This document shows positions 19,725-34,693 of a stretch of 64,000 nucleotides of DNA, one piece after another (position 1 is the first letter of the stretch; the number at the start of each line of letters is the position of its first letter). The position numbers and the translations under genes are program-made. The stretch is from Flectonema sp. DT1601 (taxonomy: Eukaryota), in NCBI GenBank assembly GCA_964019425.1, contig OZ025797.1, forward strand, positions 1,054,001-1,118,000. The letters are read 5' to 3'. A model generated the notes under the pieces. That model had not been told where the DNA came from. It saw only the letters and a list, made by a program, of their open reading frames with translations, and searched no databases.

Positions 19725-20963
19725 CTAACGGGTTGTTTTTGGAACAAAACCTGTTGCATACCCCGGAGGGCAGTATGGCTCAAAGAACTGTTCACCGAGT
19801 TCTTGTGCGTATAATTTCTTCTTTTGAAGTGCAGCATGTCGGGTATTCCTAAGATGTTCTTTATTATATGCTGCAAGTTGAGTGCGAAGTGACTTACTTT
19901 CGTTGTCAAGCTGACGTTGAAGTACAGCAGCCATGTCGTTTTCATGCTTCTCACGGGATGCTGCGATTAAGCGTTCCTCAGCTTCCCGAATCTTAGCTTG
20001 TCGAGAGGCTTCGTACTGCTGAGCTCTTTCGTTGTGGATTGCTTGAATTTGTTCGCTCGTCAGTCCCTTTGATGGATCTCGCTGACCATTTCCTAGTAGT
20101 CGATCTCTTTCATTAAGCATTGGATTCGATAGTTGGTTATCAATCTCTTGTTTATTTAATTCTTCTTCTCGTTGTTTGTCAGCTAGTTTCTGACGACGTT
20201 TATCTTCTGCAATTGATTTATTAAATAAAGCAGTTGTTAAGGTCGCTTGTTTCTTTTGAGACTGCTGAAGGAGCTGAACGCCGTGAACCATTTTCATTAG
20301 TTCTTCGCTACGATCCTCCCATAAATTATTTTCCAATTCCTGTTGGTATTTGAGTAACTGTTTTTCATCCAACTGCTGACCACACCAATCTCGTATTTGT
20401 TGTTGTTGGAGTCTTAGTCTATAATTTTGATCAATATCTTCACCATTAAACTTTTGAAGTGATGCAGTAGAACAACGAGGATCATCAGTTCCAATCCTCG
20501 CTGGGAAGTCTTCTTTCAATGCATTTGGGTTGTTTAGATCCCATGAGCTTGACGCTTCCTTCTTTTGATATCTTCTTCTAAAGTGAACCAAATCCTTTTC
20601 TTGCTGAGTCCTAATTTTATTTTCTTCCTGTTGAAGATAACAAAGATGCTTGTCCTGTAACACTTGTTGTCTTTCTAACCAAGAGTCTCTATCTGCTTCC
20701 AATTGGAGGATAGATTTTCGTTCTTGAATTTGATCATTAATTGCTTGTTTGTCTATTCCGATGGTTCTTACTTTTGGGTCAAACACTCGACTTTGTCTTT
20801 CTTGATCTAATTCCTGTCTTTGACCAACTGCATGCAACTCTCTTCCGTCAACAACTTGAAAATACTGCTGCTGAACATAAGTTGCTGTTCTCTTCTTTCC
20901 CGTTCTCCGTTTCGGTTCGTCGCCAATCTCCGAAAGAGTTTTGGCAGCCCATGCAGCTCGCAT
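19725..20963 (-). CDS. RIB43A: RIB43A-like flagellar microtubule inner protein
   Basis: ERQSRVFDPKVRTIGIDKQAINDQI, WDLNNPNALKEDFPARIGTDDPR and SLQKFNGED match the RIB43A/RIBC family. Confidence 0.9.
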   Translation of the reverse strand: MRAAWAAKTLSEIGDEPKRRTGKKRTATYVQQQYFQVVDGRELHAVGQRQELDQERQSRVFDPKVRTIGIDKQAINDQIQERKSILQLEADRDSWLERQQVLQDKHLCYLQQEENKIRTQQEKDLVHFRRRYQKKEASSSWDLNNPNALKEDFPARIGTDDPRCSTASLQKFNGEDIDQNYRLRLQQQQIRDWCGQQLDEKQLLKYQQELENNLWEDRSEELMKMVHGVQLLQQSQKKQATLTTALFNKSIAEDKRRQKLADKQREEELNKQEIDNQLSNPMLNERDRLLGNGQRDPSKGLTSEQIQAIHNERAQQYEASRQAKIREAEERLIAASREKHENDMAAVLQRQLDNESKSLRTQLAAYNKEHLRNTRHAALQKKKLYAQELGEQFFEPYCPPGYATGFVPKTTR

Positions 20964-21213
20964 TGTTATTGCTCTGAGTGAAGGTATTAATGAACATGAT
21001 AAGCATAATAAAGTATTTTACTTTATATTTATTTCATCTCATATCCTCCGACATGTATGAGATGATGTTTAAGATAAAAGTTTAATAAAAAGACAACACA
21101 ACAAGAGTCTTAATTGTTAACATGAAAGATGGTACGGTTTATGCTTAAGCAGCAATAAGATTTTTTTATTTGAAAGTATAGGCTAGACGGTAAAGAGGAA
21201 AAAAAGAAATAAT

Positions 21214-21834
21214 TCACTGCATTGGGTTCATAGAAACGAATCCTTCGACAACTCTAAGCAGGTCAACAACATCGTCTCTGTAGTTTCCGACCTTACCAAT
21301 TGGGTTGCGAGTTAGTCTTCTGAGTTGTGTCATCAAATCATTAACAATTGTAGTCATCACTGGTTGAGTTAATACTTCGCCCCACATCTTAACACCTTCA
21401 TATAGCATCACCAGACTATTGTAAGCAATAACTGGATCTTGAAGCCAGAGTATCAATGTTGGAAGAAGTTTTTGAAAACCGAGAGTACCAATTGTCTTGT
21501 ATTGATTTAGTCCAACTGATACTAATAATGTTCTCACATCACAACCACTGTTGAGGGCTATCAGAAGTTTATCTCTAAATGACGAATCAACAACAGTACT
21601 TGGAATAACATCTTTGTCATCGACTGCAGTATTGGTGTTGGTGTTTATACTGCCAGCTTCTAAAGTAAATCTGAACCTTTCAATTACTTCTCCAATAGCA
21701 GCAATCGCCTCGTGATGCTGTCGATGCCAACGTAGGGACTGTTTGTGATATTCTTCAATTCTCTCTTCTTGTTTTGCGAGTGCTTCAAGTGCAGTTGTCA
21801 AGGCATGTTTCACATCATCACATTCATCAGTCAT
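21214..21834 (-). CDS. Hypothetical protein, 206 aa (N-terminal coiled coil; C-terminal part weakly like katanin p80 con80)
   Basis: ORF with coding-like composition; family resemblance is tentative. Confidence 0.65.
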   Translation of the reverse strand: MTDECDDVKHALTTALEALAKQEERIEEYHKQSLRWHRQHHEAIAAIGEVIERFRFTLEAGSINTNTNTAVDDKDVIPSTVVDSSFRDKLLIALNSGCDVRTLLVSVGLNQYKTIGTLGFQKLLPTLILWLQDPVIAYNSLVMLYEGVKMWGEVLTQPVMTTIVNDLMTQLRRLTRNPIGKVGNYRDDVVDLLRVVEGFVSMNPMQ

Positions 21835-22478
21835 TTTGTGTAGATTAGATATCTGACTTGAGTTATAATTCTTAAATAGTAAATTGATAACAATAAATTC
21901 ATTTCTATTCAGAGACTTCCTCCCCCCCAGTCAGTTTCATTCAACTATAGCTTCGCAGACTCTTCCTCCTTCATCACTTTGTATCTCAACCCAATGTAAC
22001 TAACATTCGATTTTTCTTTATCTTGTTGTAAAAAAGAAAGGAGGGAGGAAACGATGATTGTATTCTCAACTTAGCACTAATCACTAACAAAAGTGTTCCA
22101 AAAAAGGAATACAGTGCTGAGGATAAAAACGATTGATCTCCAGATTTTAATGTATTTTACTGAAATCAGTTGCCGATGACATTAACTGGGCGGGTTACTT
22201 TACTTCGAAAAAAAAAAAAACCAAAAAAAAAGTAGTCGACTTGTATCAATAAGATTACAACCATAAGTGATATCTTACACAAAGTTTATCCTGTTAAACA
22301 TTTTTCCCTCACAGGCATTCAAAGTAAAAGATTAAAAAAATCTCAAGTGAGTTGATGCTACGCATTGTCACAACTCATCAGAATCGCTCACAAGTAAGTT
22401 AGGGTGGAATTAGTTTTCGGAAGCAAATAGAAATAGTAAGAAAATGGAAAAAATACCTGCCCTATGGTAATAGAAAGA

Positions 22479-22871
22479 TTAGTTGTTTTGTTTTTCAATA
22501 TAAGTTATCCCATACATCTTTAATGTTTTATCTATTCTCGATGAGGTATTTTGGATTTCTCGATCTAAAATTCGAAGGTCGTCTTTGAGAGCCGTCATTT
22601 CAATTTCAGTTAGTTGATCAACTTGAGGACTAACCAAACCAATCTTTGTAGCCAACCATCTGAGTGGTACGTACATAAATACGTACAAAACGAGCGACAC
22701 CATCGCGATTAATGAAATAAATGTTTTTCTTGTTAATTTTTCTCCTCGTTGGTTGCCATGATTATATCGCACCTGGCGATGTGAACACCGATGAAATGCC
22801 GATCCCTGATGTCTAGTTCCTCGATGCATGTTGGCAACATGCCTTGCTGCAAGCCGCGAAAAAATCCTCAT
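22479..22871 (-). CDS. Small single-TM protein with mitochondrial presequence-like N-terminus, 130 aa
   Basis: MRIFSRLAARH start, one hydrophobic helix, C-terminal coiled coil. Confidence 0.65.
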   Translation of the reverse strand: MRIFSRLAARHVANMHRGTRHQGSAFHRCSHRQVRYNHGNQRGEKLTRKTFISLIAMVSLVLYVFMYVPLRWLATKIGLVSPQVDQLTEIEMTALKDDLRILDREIQNTSSRIDKTLKMYGITYIEKQNN

Positions 22872-23078
22872 TGTGATTTATGTTTTATGTTGTTGCTCTG
22901 GTTAGAAATAATAATAACATTCTAATTACCTGACGCGAACCTCAACTATGTTGTCATCAATTTCACATTATAACTTCTTCCTGTAATTAAAAAAAAAAGA
23001 GAAGGATAGTGAAAAAAGTAAAATAATACATCCAATCTGATATTTGTGAACAATTGTAATAAAATTAAGTCAACAACA

Positions 23079-25262
23079 TCACTCTTTAACAGCAGTAGAA
23101 GAGGATGTTAATGTTTCTGTAGTGGAGACTCGTAGAACTTTGACTCCAAGTTGGTCGGCTATTTCTTGTTGTGATCCTCCAGCTCTGGCAACAACAACAA
23201 CTTCACATCCGATTTCTTTCGATATCTCTGACAGGAATGATGCCATCGCCAGAACCCGATGTGATTTAAATCGAAAATCTAATTTAACATCCGGTTTTAT
23301 GAAATTAACTGCCGCATGGGACAGCAACTGTTCTGAAGTTCTTATTACATTAACGTGTGGGAGGGCCATAATAACATCTAAAGCTGGCTGTTCAGCAATC
23401 GCTTCAGCATACAATAAATAACCAGGAACTAATACTTGTTGTCCACATGCTTCTAAGACTCCCGAAGGGTTGTCGCGAAGTAGTTGAATATCAGAAACGA
23501 TACCAACACGACTAAGACCTGATAAATTATTAACCCAGTCTTTACCAGTTGCAAGTTCTGGTCTGCCGCTCTTGACGCAGAATGGAAGAATTTGTTTCAT
23601 TGTATCCTCAAGGTCGGGTATTAATTTCAGATATCTACCCGCAGCTGCTACGTCTAAAGAACTAAGAAGGCACTCCAGAACTGCGTACAGTGTGAGGACG
23701 TCGTATTTTAATTTAGTCATACTTCGATGACACATTATCGTGTTTCGAAGTAAATCCTTCGATGATGGAGGAGGGTTTTTAATTATTTTCGGAAGACAGA
23801 ACAGAACCGACAACAAGCTGCTGTCAGTAAGTTGATCAGTAGGTGTTTCATGAATCCACTGTAATGCGATGTCAATTTCAAAGATTGAAGCAGCAACTTC
23901 AATCAGAGGACTCAGACATGTCCTTGTTGATGGTTGGAGTTGATTAGTTTTGATAAAATCATACATCCGTTTTAACTCTTTAGGTGTTGGGTTTTGAACT
24001 GTTGTAATCCACTGTGCTGTTCTTTCTAACACGTCATCAGTGGCTTCCGTTCCCAAAGAAAAACAAAGCTTCACTACAGCAATTGCAAAGTCTATACCCA
24101 AATCAGCAGGACAGTTATCTATTAATGAATAGACGGTTGATGGATCGATTTTCATTTTAGTTTTGATGTACTTTTGTTGTAATAGTTCCATTGCGAGAGG
24201 AATATTCTTACCGTTGGCGCATGAAATCACAAGTAAGTTTGATATTTCCGCCAAATCCTCAGACATTTTAAGCTTGCTATCAACAAAACTAATAGCTCTT
24301 TGGTAGTCACCCTTCTTAGATAATACTCTCAACAGTGCGAGGTCTAGAGTGGTAGTCGCATCGATACCAGCATCGAGTTGTGAATCACGAAGAGTGAGGG
24401 CTTCGTCAAACTTTCCTAAAGTCACATTCGCGACGACTGCTTCTTTTATACTTTCTGATGATTGTTTTATATTTCGATCACTCATTTCTTTGAACAGCTC
24501 CAAGGCGAATTCTGGTTCATTAGCTTTAGTTGAATTTGCTGCTTTCATTAACAACAAGTAATGTTGTTCAGATGCTCTGACAACAACTTGTTCAAAGACT
24601 TTACAAGCTTTCTCAAGATCACTTGCTATTGAACATGTTGTAAGTAACATAGTCGTCGCTGATATTTCAAAAGGAACAGAGTTATCGTTGCACAAATCTT
24701 TAATATCAAAGGCAGTCTTAACATAAACATCTTTAAGACTGTCGTCATCATCAGAGTACGAAAGCATTTCTTTATTATGAGCGTTGAGTATTTCAGAGAC
24801 GTGGTCATCAGTTAATTTAATTTTCGAATCCTTATAAAGTGATATTAAGTTTCTCAGAACTTCAATAGGTTCTGGACATCCCAGAGAATAAAACAACGAC
24901 CTGACATCAACAGCTCTTTCTGGAAGAGTTTGAATGGCCACTGAATACTCCTTCATATCATCATTAATATCCCGAAGACCTGCTTGTTCTGCCTCCTCCA
25001 TTGATAGCTGAGTTGGTGCCATCTCACTGTTGTTTACTATTTTATTGTATGTGTTATCATCCCAATCATGCATGGTGTGCAGGTGTATTTCTTTTTCAAT
25101 TTCTAACATTTGGTGCTTACTGTCAGAGTCAATGATGCCTTCGGGGGTGTATTTGTGTTTTTTATACGTCCTGGCAATGTCTCTACGTGCACTTTGTAGG
25201 TATTCAACATATGTGTCTCTCGCTGCTATGTTGTTCCAACGAATCTGACGAATACATCGCAT
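23079..25262 (-). CDS. PPR-like protein, likely mitochondrial, with possible degenerate C-terminal PIN-like domain (727 aa)
   Basis: Tandem ~35-aa helical units (DLEKACKVFEQV, EFALELFKEMSDRNIK, KFDEALTLRD); Arg-rich N-terminus. Confidence 0.75.
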   Translation of the reverse strand: MRCIRQIRWNNIAARDTYVEYLQSARRDIARTYKKHKYTPEGIIDSDSKHQMLEIEKEIHLHTMHDWDDNTYNKIVNNSEMAPTQLSMEEAEQAGLRDINDDMKEYSVAIQTLPERAVDVRSLFYSLGCPEPIEVLRNLISLYKDSKIKLTDDHVSEILNAHNKEMLSYSDDDDSLKDVYVKTAFDIKDLCNDNSVPFEISATTMLLTTCSIASDLEKACKVFEQVVVRASEQHYLLLMKAANSTKANEPEFALELFKEMSDRNIKQSSESIKEAVVANVTLGKFDEALTLRDSQLDAGIDATTTLDLALLRVLSKKGDYQRAISFVDSKLKMSEDLAEISNLLVISCANGKNIPLAMELLQQKYIKTKMKIDPSTVYSLIDNCPADLGIDFAIAVVKLCFSLGTEATDDVLERTAQWITTVQNPTPKELKRMYDFIKTNQLQPSTRTCLSPLIEVAASIFEIDIALQWIHETPTDQLTDSSLLSVLFCLPKIIKNPPPSSKDLLRNTIMCHRSMTKLKYDVLTLYAVLECLLSSLDVAAAGRYLKLIPDLEDTMKQILPFCVKSGRPELATGKDWVNNLSGLSRVGIVSDIQLLRDNPSGVLEACGQQVLVPGYLLYAEAIAEQPALDVIMALPHVNVIRTSEQLLSHAAVNFIKPDVKLDFRFKSHRVLAMASFLSEISKEIGCEVVVVARAGGSQQEIADQLGVKVLRVSTTETLTSSSTAVKE

Positions 25263-25986
25263 ATGAAATTTGATGTCTGTTTATAAAAAAGAATAGATGC
25301 TTGCTCTGATTCCTCTTCTAGTCTAGTTTGGATCATTTTGAACTTCTTGTTGAGCATGTTGGGAGAATACGAAATTATAACAACACAACATTAATAATAC
25401 ATTTAAATAGCTACTTGAAGAATAGAACAGAATTCGAAAGTTGTCTTTTTTTTTTTTTTTTTTTTTTCTTGTGGTCAGGTAGTCTCCCATCTGAACCCTT
25501 ATTGTTGTTGTTACAGAATTCTTTTTTTTTTCATTTTTTTTTTTTTTGGTTTTCCTTTGAACAGGAGGGGAAGTGGGAGAAAATATCCGTCAAAAAAAAA
25601 ATCACAAACAGGTAATGCCTATGCCATGGCAGTATGTTTACCGCGCAATACAAAAAGCATAATAAAGGTTACAACACTCGCGAACAGTATGTCGGAATTA
25701 CTTAAATAGGATGGTGAGTTTCTAGTTAAAGAAATATTTAAAAAAGAAATATACCTTCAAACGGTGGTCAGTAAGGAAAGTGCTTTGGTTTGCAGCTTCT
25801 CTCACAACACTGATGTATCAGAGACGACTTATTCACTTTTTTAAGGCTGTTTAAACTGGTGAAATAAAAAAGTGGGGGGGGAAAATTGAGTCACGCCACC
25901 TGCGTATTTTAATGTTTCGCATAACAAGAAAAATATAAAAATAAATGTGGGAGCGGAATAAGAATAAATAAATAGAACAACAACAT

Positions 25987-27141
25987 CTAACTAAGAAGCC
26001 ACTTAGATATAATCATACGCTGTACCTGAGAAGTACCTTCGTAAATCTGATAGATTTTGGCATCCCTCATGAGTTTTTCTACAGGGTAGCCAGTGTTGAA
26101 TCCATTTCCACCAAAGATCTGAACGGCATCAGTAGCAACCTTGTTAGCGTGATCAGCACAGAAACACTTTGCCATGGAGGCAAGATGAGTGTTACGCTTT
26201 CCCTCATCAGCAGCAGCAGCTGCCTGGTACACAAGAAGTCTACCTGCTTCGATACCCATTAGCATGTCAGCCAACATGAATTGGATTGCCTGGTGTTCCG
26301 CAATTGCCTTTCCGAAAGTCTTTCTCTCCTTTGCGTAGGCAACAGACTCCTCGTATGCGCGTCTCGCTAGACCAACAGCTCCCATAGCAACTGGTGGTCT
26401 GGTCTTGTCAAATGCCTTCATGGCGATTTTAAAACCATCACCTGGCTTACCCAAAATATTCTTTGCAGGGATGACAACATCCTCGAAGGTGATCCCTCTG
26501 GTGTCTGAACATCTTTGACCCATGTTGATTTCCTTTGGGAGTTTAGTAATACCTGGGGTGTCAGCATCAACGACGAATCCAATAAAACCTTCTTCTTCTG
26601 ACTTTGCCAGTAAGAAGTACCAGTTTGCTACTCCTCCGTTTGTAATCCACATCTTGCTTCCGTTAACTACGTATTCATCTCCTTTCTTAACAGCTTTTGT
26701 TTTAATACTTTGAACATCTGATCCAGCACCTGGTTCAGTAACACAGTAAGCTGCTTGAATAGGTTCAGCAGTTAGTCTTCCTAAGTACTCAGCCTTTTGT
26801 TCATCAGTACCAGCAACTAGAACAGGAGCTGAGGCAAGTCCGTTGGCTTCGAGAGCAGTTCCCATACCTGTGCATCCATAGGCAAGTTCTTCAGTAATAA
26901 TTACGGAGTCTAAGTTAGATAATCCTGGTCCTCCAAATTCAACTGGAACGTGAGTGTTTGCTAATCCATTCTCCCATGCCTTTGCGAACACTTCCTGAGG
27001 GTATTCACCAGTCTTATCGTGGTGTGCTGCTACCGGAATCATTACTTCCTTCGCGAACTTCCTCGCCATGTCTTGAATCATTTGTTGTTCATCGTTCAAC
27101 GCAAATGATAAAAATCTTTTTTGAGCTGCACGGCGCATCAT
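25987..27141 (-). CDS. ACADM: Medium-chain acyl-CoA dehydrogenase, mitochondrial
   Basis: [49 protein letters not shown]. Confidence 0.95.
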   Translation of the reverse strand: MMRRAAQKRFLSFALNDEQQMIQDMARKFAKEVMIPVAAHHDKTGEYPQEVFAKAWENGLANTHVPVEFGGPGLSNLDSVIITEELAYGCTGMGTALEANGLASAPVLVAGTDEQKAEYLGRLTAEPIQAAYCVTEPGAGSDVQSIKTKAVKKGDEYVVNGSKMWITNGGVANWYFLLAKSEEEGFIGFVVDADTPGITKLPKEINMGQRCSDTRGITFEDVVIPAKNILGKPGDGFKIAMKAFDKTRPPVAMGAVGLARRAYEESVAYAKERKTFGKAIAEHQAIQFMLADMLMGIEAGRLLVYQAAAAADEGKRNTHLASMAKCFCADHANKVATDAVQIFGGNGFNTGYPVEKLMRDAKIYQIYEGTSQVQRMIISKWLLS

Positions 27142-28315
27142 TTTATAGCAGATATAAAGAAGAGCTGAAAGAAAATAGAAAAATAAATTATTATTTCATT
27201 TCGTAAGGGATAACAACTATCTGTAAATGAATAAACATTTCCCTTTTAAATCCTGTGCAGAAAGGGGCTGAGGGGGTTCAAAAAGACGATTTCAAACATC
27301 AAAAATACTTCGCAGAAATCCCTCTCACTAGGATGTTAAGACTAAAGAGTAGCTAATAGAATAACACAAAATATAAAAATTATTAATCTCCTACTACAAC
27401 ATTGGTGCCGTCTGGAACGGATCCGAGTTGTAATGAAATCACTCTCAATAAGTGATTCTTCAGAGGTTCCGAATTGAGACGAGAAGCTTAGTCAGCCTGT
27501 ACTAAGCCGTATCAGGTTGTATTAATATTGTTTTATTCTTCGAAAAGAAGTAGGAGGGGGGAAAAAGGGGAGGGGAGGTTTGTGATAAAATTACAGAACA
27601 CTCGCAGAGCGAAACAACATCACAACCCAAACGGTAGATTAAAAACTTTTTTAAAAAAAAAAAAAAAAAAAAGAAAAAGAGAGAAAAGTGAAAGTCCTTG
27701 GAAACACTCACAACACAAACAGTGGAAGTCACAATAGTTTACAAAAAGAACATCTCAAAGACTGCAGTTCATCGCAGGAAGAGATTTTATCTAAAAAACG
27801 AATACCCATCACACGCACAGGTAAAAAAGATTTAGAAGGTTTTTCTGCCATCGCTCTGGTGAGCTTTATAATAAACACAATACAAAAAAATATTTAAGAT
27901 TTTTGGAGATCAGGAATAAATCTTTTTTTTTATTTTTTTTGTTTTGTTCTTTATTTAGGATACTTGTATAAGCCTCAGATGCTGTGAAGTAACCTGAGCT
28001 TTTTTTTTTTCTCTTCCCCTCAAAGAGACGCATATAGCACATCCAACTTGTAGAAAAATAGAAAGGGGTGAAAAGGTTAACTATATATATAACACCATTT
28101 TATAATATTTTATTAAGTGACTGCACGAAAGCCGAGGAGAGGAAGGGTGTTCAGAGCCGGAGCTATGCAGGCAAAGTAAGCAAAGTTTCAACAACAAAAA
28201 AAAAAAAAGAAAAAAAGTAGGAAATAGCTTGCCACAGAGGTTCGTTGAGTTCAGAAATTGTGCGGGTCTCACAATTTGAGAAGTCGTCTATGGAAGTGGT
28301 TAGATAATATATTTC

Positions 28316-30388
<2,073 letters not shown>

Positions 30389-31330
30389 TTATTCAACTTG
30401 TCTGTCGATGGGAAGAAATGGATATTAAAATTTAATTCTGTTCTCAAAAAAAAAAAAAAAACATTTTTTTTTTTTAAAAAAAAAAGAAAGAAAGAATACA
30501 AGAAGCTTTATTATGAATTGCTGGCCAAGGAAAAAAAACTCATGTACTAGATTGTATTAAAATGTAATAAGTGTCATAAGTCAGAAAATCAAATTTAAAC
30601 AAAAAAGAACAAGAATTCCTTTAATCGGATATTCTTCTCTTCATGTGGTTAACTCATCATGTTAATTAATGTGAACGACAAAAGACTTTCCTGCTCTTTA
30701 TTAACTAAGTAAAATCAAGGGAATAAACAAAAGTATTGCATCACATGTAACCTCAAATGGGAATTAGTTTCGCTACTTTTTTTTTTTTTTTTTTTTAAAT
30801 TATTAATCATCTCTTCCTTAAATAGAACGACGTCATTCAAAAACCTACAAAACAAAGAAAGCTAACAGAAATCACACCCGTTGAAATGTCCAACAGGGTT
30901 TGGTCGGAGACATTTCGGATGAAAAATAAAACGACCACCAAATTAACGATAGATACAGGAGACTAATAAGCAAAGTATCAATTCAGTTCGTTGGTTAACA
31001 TCAGAACGTAACTATGATTCTCTTTCTTCTTCCTGCACTCTTCTTCCCTGCCGACCATAATAAACACACCAGCGAAATGCGAAGGCCAACTTAAAAGAAA
31101 ATGACAATACAAAAAGAAAAAAGTAAAACTCGTTAATGAATAATTAATTAGACAAACCAGATCAGTCTGTTCCACAAACGTTTTAATACCAATCTCACAG
31201 ATAAGTCCGAATAACAGCCACAATCCATCCAGTGGTAGCATCACGACACTGTCCAATTGGACACATATAAGCGAAATCTGAAATACACTAAGCAAATTTT
31301 GGTAACATTCCAAGCTTTACTTAAAAATAA

Positions 31331-32131
31331 TTAACTCAAAACGGTCTGTCGACTGCGAGCCATCTCAACTAAGTTCTCATAACATAAGAAGTAAAGAGCT
31401 GAGAAAGGTATTGCTCGACATAAGTGATGAAATAATCCATTGAAATAAGCCCTTTGAGCGATGACCTCAGTAGCAGTAGATAGAATAGTACCAGAACACC
31501 CCCAAGAGATAGGCTGACGTAGTCTAGTCGTAATAACGCTGAGAGGATACGCAACAACACTTGCGAGAAAACGAGCCAATCCAGCTGATGACATAATTGA
31601 AATAACTTCATTGGTGTTCGACATTAGAGCTGATGTTCGTTCATAAATTGTGAAGAAGATGCAAAACTCAACAGACTTATTCAAACACGCCGCGCCAACT
31701 CCTCGATAAAAAGTTCTTATCCCATGAAGTGAATACGAGTCAGTTATAATATTAGTAAGTGTTTGAGAAGGGGCTAGTTGCTGTCTTACTTTTAACACCC
31801 AAATTGGTGATGTCACGGCAGCTGTAACAATTCCACTTATGAAACCTTTTGCTGTTGGATATTTGACTCCGAGGTGTTCAAGGCCGTAGTATGTTCCGAG
31901 TTTTATTGTTGGAGATAACGCATGTCCGACCACTGTCATAATTGAACCCAACTGAGCTCCTCGTATTCCTTCTCGAGCTATTAGCGTTGATGCATAAACT
32001 GGAACGTGGGGTTGCATTCTACTTTGCCTTCTCGTTTTCACAACATCCAATGGGTTCGTTAGCAAGATCGGAATAATGCTAGCAGAAACGGTAATAGCTG
32101 CATGGTTGATGCAACCCAGTCCTTCTCGCAT
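31331..32131 (-). CDS. Mitochondrial carrier (SLC25; Rim2/SLC25A33-36 or folate-carrier-like)
   Basis: Three carrier signature-like motifs TNPLDVVKTR, TSPIWVLKVR, AYPLSVITTR; start set at ATG 32131 after TCTTCTTTCACAG. Confidence 0.85.
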   Translation of the reverse strand: MREGLGCINHAAITVSASIIPILLTNPLDVVKTRRQSRMQPHVPVYASTLIAREGIRGAQLGSIMTVVGHALSPTIKLGTYYGLEHLGVKYPTAKGFISGIVTAAVTSPIWVLKVRQQLAPSQTLTNIITDSYSLHGIRTFYRGVGAACLNKSVEFCIFFTIYERTSALMSNTNEVISIMSSAGLARFLASVVAYPLSVITTRLRQPISWGCSGTILSTATEVIAQRAYFNGLFHHLCRAIPFSALYFLCYENLVEMARSRQTVLS

Positions 32132-32992
32132 GCAACTACGTGAGGGACTGTGAAAGAAGAAAATATATAATTGAATAAACACAAATAAAACATTACTTCT
32201 CTCAGTTAGCGGACATCACTCACCTTAAAATATAAATTAACTAATAAAACACAACAACAACATGTCAAAGAAATCTACACTACCTCCTTTGGTTGGTGTT
32301 TCATATTGTAACAAGATTGCCAGTTATTTTATTTTATTTTTTTTTTTTTATTTTTTTTTTTTGTTCAGTTGTTTTTTTTTTTGTCCACAATTTTTTTTTT
32401 TTTCCCCTTACTAACCCCACTTTTTTTTTATGTCTTTTTTTTTTTTTTTTTGCCCCATACTCTCTAAGCTCCGCACAGAATCAACAAAGCATTCCATTTG
32501 GGAGCACTTTGGGTCAACACAACAAAAAAAAAAAAAACGTCAAATCAGGAAAAAAAAAGGTGGGGAAATGGGGGTGTTAAGTGGAAAGGAGAAAAATTTA
32601 AAAAAAAAAATAAATTGGGGAAAATGGGAGGATGAATATTATGTTAATAAGAAAGAGACTATCTCTAAGTTACGAAGGGTCTGCTTGCACAGACCAACAC
32701 TAGATGTTAATTGACACTACCGGCACAGATGTAAACAAAGTAATGCTGCTATTCTAGAGGGCAGTGTTAGTTTGTGTTTCAGTTTGTGTTTTTTTTTCTT
32801 TTTTCTTGCACCTGTTTTCTTCTTCATTATTTCATTTGTTTTTTTTTTCAAATAAATTCGCCAACTCCCAGTTTTTTTTTTTGTTTTTTTTGTTTTATTA
32901 GTATCTATCTACTCACGAAAACCAGGCAGAAAAATGGGGAATTTTACTTTTAAAAAAAGAAAAACAAGAGAAAAAAAGATAAACTAAAAGAT

Positions 32993-34377
32993 CTAAAGAT
33001 AAAGTCCAGCAGGAGCGCCTTGATCCTTCTTATATAAGACATTTTCTTTACCCTTTACAAAGTCTTCGTGGCAGACTTTCATACGGCGATCACGGAGAGC
33101 GATAAGACCTGCTTCTGTGCACATTGCCTTGATATCGGCTCCACTCATTTGGTCTTTTGAGTAAACGAATTCTTCTAATCGAACATCAGTTGCGAGGTTC
33201 ATCTTTCCTGTATGGATTTCAAAGATCATTCTCTTTGTTTTTTCACCTGGCAGAGGAAATTCAATTTTCCTATCAATTCTCCCTGGTCTGATTAGAGCCG
33301 GGTCTAAAGAATCAATTCTGTTAGTGGCCATAATCACTTTCACTTCAGAGTGAGATTCAAACCCGTCTAACTGAGTCAATAATTCCAACATAGTTCTTTG
33401 GATTTCCTTCTCTCCAGATGAAGACGTGTCGTATCTTTTTGTTCCGATTGCGTCAATTTCATCGATGAAAACGATTGATGGGGAGCACTCTTCCGCTACT
33501 CGAAAGACTTCCCTCACTAACTTTGGACCCTCACCGAGGTATTTTTGAATAAATTCAGACCCAACAACTCTCAAAAAGGTAGCGCTAGTTTGATTTGCTA
33601 CTGCCTTAGCTAATAAAGTCTTTCCAGTACCTGGTTCACCATAAAGGATAACACCCTTTGGAGGTTTAATTCCGATACTTTCATAAAGCTCAGGATGGGT
33701 GAGAGGGAATTCAACAGCTTCCTTGATCTCCTGGATTTGTGTTTCAAGACCACCTATATCAGCGTACGACTCGAGAGGAGCTTTTTCAACTTTCATAACG
33801 TCAACGAGTGGGTCGACTTCATGTTCTAAGATTCCAACCACCGCATGTGTTCTGTTTGTTAATAATAAAGAACACGAAGGCTGTAGAAGTTCCTTATCGA
33901 CAAATGATAAAACTGGAACATAGTACTCTCCTTGAATACTAACAATCGCGTGGTTGTCGTCAATCATTTCTTCAAGAGTTCCAACCTGAAGAGGCATTCC
34001 TCTCATGTCCTCAACCTTTTGAAGTTCTTCTTCCATAGATGATGGAGGATTAGGTCTGTCCATGCAGGACTTTATGAACTCCTCTTCCATTAGTAAGAAA
34101 TCTTTTACTCTTTCTAATCGAAGTCGTCTGAGTTTACATTTTGTTACTGGTCTGACTGTAGGCATTCTCTGGGAGGCATCTGGTCCCTTCTTACGCTTCC
34201 TGTTGGTAGGTAGTGTTGTGGTTTGTGATTGTTACGTCATTCAAATTATCTAAAAATTACATACTTCTTTCCAACAGTCGGTGCTGGTGGCGGTTCCCAC
34301 TTCTTTTTCTCTTCTTTCTTTCCTCCCTGTTCACCGCCCTGACCTGTTCCAGGTCCTCCCCCCTGTTGGTTACCCAT
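32993..34377 (-). CDS. RPT2: 26S proteasome AAA-ATPase subunit Rpt2/S4; exons 34377-34265 and 34199-32993 (439 aa)
   Basis: MG N-terminus, [37 protein letters not shown]-terminal GLYL. Confidence 0.95.
34200..34264 (-). other. GT-AG intron of RPT2 (65 nt)
   Basis: GTATGT...CAACAG; removal gives [12 protein letters not shown]. Confidence 0.9.
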
Positions 34378-34660
34378 TCTGTGCTTCTCCTGTAATGGTT
34401 AACGTGATATGGGTATTGATAAAGCACTTGATATAGTGATGTTGTGTTGTTGTTCAAGTCAAAAGTAATTATGTGAATGAATCCTGTTTGAAATATTAAA
34501 AATAAAATCAAACAAAACACATTTAATCAGAATATTTGTTCACTATAACTTTTCTTATTTACTTGTAATTGCTGGTTCAGTGTTGGTTTTCTTTTTTTGT
34601 TCTTTTTTCTATTTATTTTTTTTTTTTCTTTCTTTTTTTGTTCTTTCTTCTTTCAAAAGT

Positions 34661-34693
<33 letters not shown>

